DNA of 64,000 nt. It comes from Auanema rhodensis (lineage: Eukaryota; Animalia; Nematoda). Positions 56,353 through 64,000 of the stretch are shown here, piece by piece. The DNA lies in the NCBI GenBank assembly GCA_964057225.1, contig OZ059897.1, positions 18,290,001 to 18,354,000 on the forward strand. Reading direction: 5' to 3'. The stretch's first letter is position 1; each line of letters opens with the position of its first letter. A program made the translations under genes and the position numbers. Below the pieces are notes generated by a model. That model did no database searches, was not told where the DNA came from, and saw only the letters and a list, made by a program, of their open reading frames with translations.

Positions 56353-59300
56353 GTGGCACGAAGATACTCTTCGGCCGTCCCTGCTCTATACCCTTCTGAG
56401 TCCAGTGACGACATCGCAGTCGCCAGTCGAACCAGAAGCCGCACTCGACTCCTCAGTGTTCAGATTGAAGAGCCTGAACAAGAGGTAAAACCCAAAGTCG
56501 AGAAAACCTTCATTCCTCGAGAAGGCACGTATTCACCTCCGGACAACACCGAGGAGGACCCTGATTTCTATATTCAGGACTACAATATTCAAACTTCAGC
56601 TTCAACTCCAAAGATAATACCGCTTATAAAGGCCAGACGAGCTGTCAACCCTTCATATTCAATTATTGACTGGGTTTCAGCACATCCCGAGAAGTTTTAT
56701 TTCTTCTTAAGAAGTCCCGTATCTGATAAATCCATACAACGTTTCCTTCAAACATACGAAATACACGACCCTGAGGAAGCAATACTTTATTTTCTTGCGC
56801 AAAAGGAACTGGCAGCAACCACTCGCGGCGCTATACGGTATTTAACCTCACAACAATTATTAGAACAGATAGGTGACAGATTAACAGCACACGAATTTGA
56901 CGAAAAACTGCTAGAAAAAGACGGATCCTACCGTGAAAGAGCCGAAAGCATAGCGATGGAGTTAGCTTATACACCGGTAATATTTGAAAACAATCTGTCG
57001 GTACCATCAAGGCAAGAGGTTTTAAAATCCTTTGTGAACATGCCGCCGATCCGACCAACTCTAACAACTGACAATGCTGATGAGCGTATAGTACTTAGAA
57101 ACACTCTTTACTTATACCATAACTTGATGACATTGCGAGTAATAAGGCCAAATAAAACAGCAGCAGCCGTAGATGATGAAAAGTTCCGACAATTAACAAT
57201 CAATGTGCCAGATACCAACAAATTATATCGAGATAAAGATTCTAACTACGGTATATCGATAGGGCCCCACCCTCGCATTCAAAACCCAAGCGCAGATACA
57301 CGCCAGCTACTTATAAAAACATTTTTACCACTGTTAGAGGATATTGAAACACCGCCTTATCTGACTAGAAGACTGTCATTAACGACAACAACGGACAAAC
57401 CCGCTTCACTAGTTCAGGAGACAACTAAAAGCCATACGACTCGGATTCCGACGACAACCACAGTTGAGACGACAACAGCCGCGATAACTACGACTCTCTC
57501 GCCAACAACATTAGCAACAGTCACTGACACGGCGTCACGAATCTTAAGGAAACAAAGAACATCATCTCCACCCGTAGAAACCAGAGAAATTCAGGCTCAG
57601 GCAACGTATACAGCGTCAAAAGTGAACAACGAAATACAATTCAACCTCAACGTATCTCGCAGAATAGCTCAAGATCATCTACAATATACAACAACACTCA
57701 TACAAGAAGAGCTACAGAAACATTTCATGGAATCTTATGAATCCATATGTGAGATTCAAAATAGATACCTCGAGCTATGGCGTTCTATTTTACACATAGA
57801 ACCTACAATAGCAATGAGGACTATTTTAGGAAGAGAGGATATTGCAGCCCGTTTCGTAGGCAGCGATATAGTTCATGTTCATATATGCCTACCTCTTCAA
57901 CCTAAAGCTGTTTATCATAATCATAAGATCAATGATACATGCTATTTGGAAACACCAGTAATAACAGAAGATGAGAGATTATATTTTGCTGCTCCAGGAT
58001 CAAGAGACTTATTAACACATGGAAAAGAGATAGATTGCGAACATGTACCCACAGATGTATACTATCAAAATGGAGAATGGATAAATATAAATGGATCGGT
58101 TGAAGTAAAACCAATATCACTCTTTGATAAAGCGCAATACCACCAATTAACACCTTTAAAGTTCACAGGCGCTAACTTATACACCAATTTATCATTGAGA
58201 GTTTACTCAATGTCAACAGCTATTGCATATGGAGCAAGTTTAGCATCCATACGACAGAACCATGTTTTACATACTATTCACAACGATCCAAAAATTACGT
58301 CCGCCTTTAATCTTTTGAAAAAGGGCAGTGACTATATCTCTAAAGCAGCTGAGTTCACAACTTCCGCCTGGACTAGCGTAAAGCAATTTCTAATAGGATC
58401 AATTGAGAGAACACTCATCTTCATAGGATCAATGGTTACGATTGCCGCAGTATTAATAATTCTTTTCGTTGTTGCTAAATTTTGGTTCTTCAGAGCCACT
58501 CCACTAACCGTAATGCATGTCCACGAAATAGATAATGAGCCCCCAAGCTATGAAGAAACATTGGAACTTGTAAGCCGCCCAGACCAACAGATGCCAGATA
58601 ACATCATGAAGCAATACTATCCTGCTTTAGTAACATTTATTCCAATCGCAATACCATTTGTTGCTTCTATTGTATCAGCGGAAACAAAGTTACCATTAAT
58701 ATATATATCAGTTGAAGATAAACTGATTTTAGCTTTATGGGATTCAGGCTCATCAGTGTCATATGTTAGGCTCTCCACCCTCAAATATCTGAACATGGCC
58801 GAAAATGTCAAGAAGAGACATTTAGTAGCGATGGCAGCCAACAAGTCCACTTTCACATTTTATGGAAAGATAAATCTTGTAATTGAAATTGCCGGTTACG
58901 AGATCGAACACACCTTTTTGGTCTCAAACGATCATGACTGTCCTGCTCCCGCTTTAATTGGACTAGATTTCATGAAAGCGCTTGACAGCGAAAACATCGA
59001 CGTCAGCCTTAAACCATCCAAGAAGAGGTTGGAGATTGGAAACAATGCCATCCCATTAATAGGAAACGAATCTATTAAGCATACGGAGATAACTGTGAAT
59101 ATCATTAATTTAAGAACAAAAACATTAAAGCCTGATGAAGAGGCACCTATCCCAATAAAGACAGATAAACCACTAGAATCTAACGAAGTGGTTGTCTTAG
59201 GGGATAGTGGAAGCGCATTAAAATCATTATATCCAACTGCGTTTCGTGATACCAGTGGAGTATATGTTATGTTCCGTAACAATACCGATGAAACAATAGC

Positions 59301-62300
59301 TATGGAAGCTAATTCAGTCATCGGACAGGCAATAATTGGAGAAATTCCGGCTTGTGAACCCTTTAAGCATAAGCCAATTCTACCATATGTTCCGCCAGAG
59401 GCCGATTGGGAGAGTAAACTACCATATTTTCCAAGAGACTTCATAAAAGATCTTGATCTAGAGAATGCTGATCTCACGAAAGAAGAAAAACATGAGCTTA
59501 CAAAAATAATTGAAAGCCATCGTGAGGCATTTCTTAACGAGGACAGGAAAATAGGCTTATTTAAAGGTCCTATAGAGCATACCATACCATTGAGAACAGA
59601 TATGGATATGCCAAAGCCGAGAATAACACGTATTCCCTTAGGAAAACAGGAAGAAATTGAAAAACAAGTCAAAGAAATGCTTGAGCAAGGCATAATAGAG
59701 CCTTCTACATCTCTATTTAATAGCCCTGTAGTACTAGTTAAGAAGAAAGATGACACGTATAGGTTTGTGACAGATTTTCGAGCTTTAAATAATGTCACAC
59801 GCAAGCAAACTTATGTCATTCCAAGCATTTCTGACATAGTTGATTTGGCAGCAGGCGCCCAATTTTTCTCAAACTTCGATTTAGTGTCAGGATTTTTTCA
59901 AATATCCTTGAGAAAATCAGATCGACCACTAACAGCATTTACGACCACATCCGGCACATACCAGTACAAACGGATGCCGATGGGCCTTTGTGGAGCCCCT
60001 CATACCTTTCAAACAGCAGTAAGGTATTTGCAAAGTAAATGTTCTTGTAAACTATTTGTTTATTTGGACGATCTATTAGTTATATCTGATACAAGAGAAC
60101 AACATCTCAAAGATATCGATGATTTACTGCAAGCAGTAGAAGAATTGGGAATGAAGATAAAGCTTAAGAAATGCGCTTTTGCTCAACCAGAAGTGAAATT
60201 TCTAGGACTTATTGTAGGACGTCAAGGTATAAAACCTGACCCTCAAAAAGTCGCCGCCATACAAGATTATCCGGCACCAAAGAATGCAACAGGTGTACGA
60301 GCATTCTTGGGAATGGTTGGATTCTTTCGCAAATTCATGAAAGATTTTGCACGTATCGCAAGCCCTTTATACGATCTGACAAAGGCAGATACTGAATTCA
60401 AATGGGAAAACAAACATCAAGAAGCTTTAGACCTCCTTAAAAGAAGTTTAATACAGGCACCCGTTTTAAGCCCACCTAAATCGGACCGCTTGTTTATAGT
60501 TGAAAGCGACGGTAGTAACATCGCCATAGGTGCTGTATTATTACAACCGGAAGATCCAAAACAACCTCTGAAAAATCTACACCCTATCGCATTTGCAAGC
60601 AGAAAACTAGTTAAAGCCGAACGTAACTACGCACCAATCGAGATAGAAGCATTAGGCCTTGTATATGCATTAAATCAATTCCGTACATACATTCTTGGAA
60701 CTCATACTATATGTATTACGGACCATCGACCTCTTACCAGCTTAATGACACGCAGAGACTTATTTGGTCGTCTTGCGAAGTTCCAGCTGGTCATCCAAGA
60801 ATATGATATTGAAATAAAATATCGCGCAGGCCAATTAAATAAAGTATGCGATGCTCTATCTCGATATATAGGTGAAGAAGCTAACGATGCTAAGCCGGAA
60901 ACAAAGAAGAAGAAAATGGAAGAAATTCACATTAACGCCATAAATACACCAACAATAAAGGAAATTCAACTAAGCACCCCTTGGATTAAACGGACGATAG
61001 CGGAGATTGAATATAGAGCACAAAAGAACATGACAGCTAATGACAGATATTGTGTCATAAATGACTTGCTCTATACAAAACCAACAGACAAAAAGCCACA
61101 ACCCGCTATCGTAATACCACAAGAACACCCCATAATTGAGGAAATAATCAAAGTTTTTCATGAGGATCCTACAATTGCAGCACATCAAGGAATTATTAAA
61201 ACAAAAGAAGCAATTCTAAGAAGATTCTATTGGACAAATATGCAGAACGACATTACTATATTCATCAAGAACTGCATTAAATGTGCTCAAAGAAAAAAAG
61301 ATCCACATTCCATGACGGTACAACCAATAGGTCATTTTGAGATACCAAGCAAGCCATTTGAACGAGTCCACATGGACGTAATGGGACCATTTCCCCCTTC
61401 AAAAAGAAACTGTACCTACGTCATTACCATGCAAGACGCATTTACAAAATGGTCAACAACAATTGCTGTACCACAAATAACAACGGAAATCACAATTGAT
61501 CGATTTCTAAGACATTTCGTTTACATTTTTGGACCACCCCATCGCTTGATCACCGATAGAGGTTCAAACTTTGTATCTAAAAAGTTCGAAGAAATGTGTA
61601 CTAAACTTGGAATCAAACATGAACCAACACTACCACACCAAAAGAACTCAAATGGACAAGTGGAAAGACTTCACCGAACCCTCGAAGAAGGATTAACCCA
61701 CTACTTAAAAGAGGACCTTAGTGACTGGGATACTGTATTACCAAAAATCACTTTTGCTATTAACAATATTCAGCACGCGACTACAGGGATTGCGCCATAC
61801 ATTGCATTATTCGGTAAAGAATGCAGAATGTCAATGGACGCTGAATTACCAGAAACGATCACCAAAATTCAAGAAATTTCTGAAGAATTACTCCAAAGAA
61901 GACCAGATATGGACAAGAGAGACGAAATAATAAAGAACCGCATAGCTAAAAATCAAGAAAATGCGAAAAAGAAGAAAGATAGAACGCAAAGAGCACACCA
62001 TAGAGACATTCAACCGGGCGACATGGTGATGACGACTATAAAATCACACCAAATCGGCCAAAAGCTTCGGAAAAGCTATGATGGACCATGCGAAGTCATC
62101 AACGTAGAAGGATCAAAAGTTCAAATCAGAAATTCATCAGGAAAACTACAAGATATCCACAAAGATAACTTGAAAATCTTCTCTCCTGCTTCACAAAACA
62201 TCTCTTACAACACTCGCGCAAGGTTTCGAGAAAGTCAAGCAGAAGAAGATAGCGACATCGAAATAATAGAAGTGATCAACAGGAACAACAAGGATAGCAT

Positions 62301-62364
62301 AGATACAGAGCCAGAAGATGAAAATGAAGACGAAATATGGCTTCCGAGGAATGAAGAAGAATAA
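56353..62364 (+). CDS. pol: Retroelement polyprotein: unknown N-terminal domain + gB-like envelope half + protease + RT + RNase H + integrase
   Basis: Uninterrupted frame (open from 56263). The track start is GTG and the first in-frame ATG is at 56956, so the true start is uncertain. Catalytic motifs are intact. Confidence 0.93.
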   Translation: MARRYSSAVPALYPSESSDDIAVASRTRSRTRLLSVQIEEPEQEVKPKVEKTFIPREGTYSPPDNTEEDPDFYIQDYNIQTSASTPKIIPLIKARRAVNPSYSIIDWVSAHPEKFYFFLRSPVSDKSIQRFLQTYEIHDPEEAILYFLAQKELAATTRGAIRYLTSQQLLEQIGDRLTAHEFDEKLLEKDGSYRERAESIAMELAYTPVIFENNLSVPSRQEVLKSFVNMPPIRPTLTTDNADERIVLRNTLYLYHNLMTLRVIRPNKTAAAVDDEKFRQLTINVPDTNKLYRDKDSNYGISIGPHPRIQNPSADTRQLLIKTFLPLLEDIETPPYLTRRLSLTTTTDKPASLVQETTKSHTTRIPTTTTVETTTAAITTTLSPTTLATVTDTASRILRKQRTSSPPVETREIQAQATYTASKVNNEIQFNLNVSRRIAQDHLQYTTTLIQEELQKHFMESYESICEIQNRYLELWRSILHIEPTIAMRTILGREDIAARFVGSDIVHVHICLPLQPKAVYHNHKINDTCYLETPVITEDERLYFAAPGSRDLLTHGKEIDCEHVPTDVYYQNGEWININGSVEVKPISLFDKAQYHQLTPLKFTGANLYTNLSLRVYSMSTAIAYGASLASIRQNHVLHTIHNDPKITSAFNLLKKGSDYISKAAEFTTSAWTSVKQFLIGSIERTLIFIGSMVTIAAVLIILFVVAKFWFFRATPLTVMHVHEIDNEPPSYEETLELVSRPDQQMPDNIMKQYYPALVTFIPIAIPFVASIVSAETKLPLIYISVEDKLILALWDSGSSVSYVRLSTLKYLNMAENVKKRHLVAMAANKSTFTFYGKINLVIEIAGYEIEHTFLVSNDHDCPAPALIGLDFMKALDSENIDVSLKPSKKRLEIGNNAIPLIGNESIKHTEITVNIINLRTKTLKPDEEAPIPIKTDKPLESNEVVVLGDSGSALKSLYPTAFRDTSGVYVMFRNNTDETIAMEANSVIGQAIIGEIPACEPFKHKPILPYVPPEADWESKLPYFPRDFIKDLDLENADLTKEEKHELTKIIESHREAFLNEDRKIGLFKGPIEHTIPLRTDMDMPKPRITRIPLGKQEEIEKQVKEMLEQGIIEPSTSLFNSPVVLVKKKDDTYRFVTDFRALNNVTRKQTYVIPSISDIVDLAAGAQFFSNFDLVSGFFQISLRKSDRPLTAFTTTSGTYQYKRMPMGLCGAPHTFQTAVRYLQSKCSCKLFVYLDDLLVISDTREQHLKDIDDLLQAVEELGMKIKLKKCAFAQPEVKFLGLIVGRQGIKPDPQKVAAIQDYPAPKNATGVRAFLGMVGFFRKFMKDFARIASPLYDLTKADTEFKWENKHQEALDLLKRSLIQAPVLSPPKSDRLFIVESDGSNIAIGAVLLQPEDPKQPLKNLHPIAFASRKLVKAERNYAPIEIEALGLVYALNQFRTYILGTHTICITDHRPLTSLMTRRDLFGRLAKFQLVIQEYDIEIKYRAGQLNKVCDALSRYIGEEANDAKPETKKKKMEEIHINAINTPTIKEIQLSTPWIKRTIAEIEYRAQKNMTANDRYCVINDLLYTKPTDKKPQPAIVIPQEHPIIEEIIKVFHEDPTIAAHQGIIKTKEAILRRFYWTNMQNDITIFIKNCIKCAQRKKDPHSMTVQPIGHFEIPSKPFERVHMDVMGPFPPSKRNCTYVITMQDAFTKWSTTIAVPQITTEITIDRFLRHFVYIFGPPHRLITDRGSNFVSKKFEEMCTKLGIKHEPTLPHQKNSNGQVERLHRTLEEGLTHYLKEDLSDWDTVLPKITFAINNIQHATTGIAPYIALFGKECRMSMDAELPETITKIQEISEELLQRRPDMDKRDEIIKNRIAKNQENAKKKKDRTQRAHHRDIQPGDMVMTTIKSHQIGQKLRKSYDGPCEVINVEGSKVQIRNSSGKLQDIHKDNLKIFSPASQNISYNTRARFRESQAEEDSDIEIIEVINRNNKDSIDTEPEDENEDEIWLPRNEEE
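57559..58491 (+). other. env: Envelope-like domain: herpesvirus gB / class III fusogen C-terminal half with TM anchor
   Basis: ICEIQNRYLELWRSILHIEPTIAMRTILGREDIAARFVGSDIVHVHIC...DTCYLETPV parallels HSV gB WCELQNHELTLW...LNP...GRRVSARMLGDVMAVSTC...CYSRPLV. N-glycosylation sequons NVS, NDT, NGS, NLS. Hydrophobic helix at 58411-58491. Confidence 0.8.
58690..59060 (+). other. Retropepsin aspartic protease domain
   Basis: ALWDSGSSVSYV (Asp codon at 58741) and downstream ALIGLDFM. Boundaries approximate. Confidence 0.92.
59620..60220 (+). other. Reverse transcriptase domain
   Basis: SPVVLVKKKDDTYRFVTDFRALN, FDLVSGFFQI, MPMGLCGAP, YLDD at 60061-60072. Boundaries approximate. Confidence 0.97.
60490..60870 (+). 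other. RNase H domain
   Basis: ESDGSNIAIGAVL, IAFASRKL, ERNYAPIEIEAL, TDHRPL, NKVCDALSR. Confidence 0.95.
61050..62180 (+). other. Integrase (HHCC zinc finger, DDE core, GPY/F-like module; no chromodomain, acidic tail)
   Basis: FHEDPTIAAHQG...CIKC; HMDVMGP, TDRGSNF, VERLHRTL; YDGPCEV. Confidence 0.95.
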
Positions 62365-63058
62365 CAACAAGATAATGCTACGTTATTTAAATTATTGTAA
62401 CAAAATAACGATGAATTAAAAAAAAAAAAAAAAAATTAATGCTAAATAACATTCAAAATAAAAATAGCATTTAATAGAGATTGAGAAAGGAAAAATAAGG
62501 CAAATTCTAAACGAGGAGATGTTATGACTAATGGTTCCAAGTTACCGTAATCCTATGCGGACTAGAGGACATTTTGACAACCATCCGAGCTCCATGTGCC
62601 TCTCCAAATAAGATGAGATGAACACTGGTAGGCGTATCAACCACAATTTCATCTTAAGTGGTAGTCTCCATTAGTAATCAAGGATTCACTCTGGGAGACA
62701 TATGGAGACACATTATTAAATCATAATCTCGGTTCAATTTAGAAATGAGTACTTCTTGAGACCATTAGTCAAAATAATAACATATTCCCATTCATTACTA
62801 GCCCCTTTATTCTACAATCTCTATTAGGAAATGCTTGAATATTAAGATAATTAATTTATGAAATTAATAATATTCTAATTCATCGTCCCTTCATATTATA
62901 TTGAACCCTTCTTATAAATTATTGTAATTTTGTTTGTATACTAACTAAAACTCTATCATACTATAGTTATTGTGAAGCTAAAACAATTGAACTCTAAAAC
63001 TCAGTTACATATAAGCCCAAATTTTTGTTTAAAATATCGCGAGGTCGCGACAATCTTT

Positions 63059-63067
63059 GAAAAAGGG
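63059..63067 (+). promoter_or_regulatory. Polypurine tract
   Basis: GAAAAAGGG ends 2 nt before the start of the duplicated sequence (63070) and 26 nt before TGTAAC. Confidence 0.55.
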
Positions 63068-63093
63068 CACGTTCCATTCGGAGACTCTATATA

Positions 63094-63754
63094 TGTAACT
63101 GCAGGGTTAGAGCCAGACCGACTAGAGGAATGAGGAATGGCACCGCCTTCCCTCATGCCCCTATTCGGGAGTTCGCCCCTTTGCAAGCCCATGGACGGTT
63201 TGCATCTAACTTAGTTAATCTTATATATTAGTCTTTGTCTTGTAAATGTAGTTTACTTTATCCTTGTGTTAATGTATTGTAATGATATTGTATTGTGTAT
63301 AATAAACCTATATATTTCCTTATCTTATGTAATCCTTATGCTCTGTTTCCATACCGCTACACTTATGGAATACTATACGCGTAGTTGAGCAGACTACAAT
63401 GGTCTGTTCAATATACGTAGGAGCATAATGGAACGTGGAGGTTCCACCTCGAACTCATTTTTGTCGCAAAAACTCGCATAAAAAGTCCATATTTTGATAT
63501 CTAAATTAAAACTTCCTCCACGGTTAGCAACATAATGAGGGCGCCAACTTGTATAAGGTGCAGGTACAAGGGATCTCTCTTTTAGAGAGCTAGGACTACA
63601 TAATTTTGAAATTTCACCCGCTGTCCCCACTCATAAAACCGTCTGAGTGTCCACCCTTATAATACCGTATCCTGCACCGCTTCTCTTGCATTTTTTTTTG
63701 AGGACGTTTGGATCGAAATAGGGGACAATTTCACCAAACGAAATTTTGATTACA
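63094..63754 (+). repeat. Second LTR (shared between tandem units)
   Basis: Copy of 54081-54741 at offset 9013. The same 78-aa shadow ORF and the same 9-T run occur in both. Confidence 0.8.
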
Positions 63755-64000
63755 TTATTATTTGGCAACGAGGAGTTAGAATGAAATTTTGAAAGCGCAC
63801 AAAGTTTAATATTTTATTGTGGTCAGGACTAGAGATTTGAAAGTTAAATTCAGGCGTAAAAGAGCATGCTAACTAAATATTTTTGCGGGAGCCGTTATTC
63901 GGTTTTTATTTTTTTTTTGATTGTGAGAATAGACCACACTAGTCCGAAAAATCCTGGCACAAATTTTATTGCCTGTCAGGTCATTTTGGCGAAAGCACAT
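63755..64000 (+). mobile_element. Start of a second tandem unit (PBS at 63763-63774 + leader), truncated by the window end
   Basis: 63755-64000 repeats 54742-54987 instead of returning to satellite. Confidence 0.7.

Larger units (their letters stand above)
54057..63754 (+). mobile_element. Ty3/gypsy (Metaviridae-like) LTR retroelement carrying a gB-like env; first full unit
   Basis: Direct repeat at offset 9013, PBS-like and PPT-like sites, and a long ORF with PR-RT-RNaseH-IN order and gypsy-type motifs (YLDD, DHRPL, GPY/F-like YDGPCEV). Confidence 0.95.

Noticed and set aside
58932-59804. 290-aa minus-strand ORF (and the smaller ORFs at 56831, 57929, 58617, 60970, 61721)
   Set aside because: Shadow frames of the polyprotein. 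The 290-aa one has the Ser/Leu/Phe-rich composition expected from reverse-complemented codons.
62418-62435. 18-nt A run as a retroposed poly(A) tail
   Set aside because: No TSD or associated insert; the element has several homopolymer runs in its UTRs.
62520-62660. Short minus-strand open stretches in the 3' UTR (36-41 codons)
   Set aside because: Too short and no convincing splice model; the region is better explained as RNA structure.

Overview
Eukaryotic, AT-rich heterochromatin-type window, probably from a nematode (inferred only from a 45-nt intron and TTTT(C/T)AG acceptors). Bases 1-54056 are a head-to-tail satellite of a 351-bp monomer: 154 full copies plus 2 bp, no net indel, few substitutions, and local multi-monomer duplications. 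From 54057 to the end lies a young Ty3/gypsy-type LTR retroelement with a 9013-bp unit and apparently identical LTRs. Its architecture is unusual in five ways. (i) One 2003-codon frame fuses a herpesvirus-gB-like class III envelope C-terminal half (Thr-rich linker, RKQR furin site, TM helix, PPSY tail) in-frame UPSTREAM of PR-RT-RH-IN. (ii) No clear Gag/CCHC is visible. (iii) The 5' leader holds a two-exon ANTISENSE gene (162 aa, 45-nt GT-AG intron, own AATAAA). (iv) The 3' UTR contains a multi-stem RNA structure. (v) The second LTR is again followed by PBS and leader, so a second unit begins in tandem. All family assignments come from motif recognition by eye; no searches were run.
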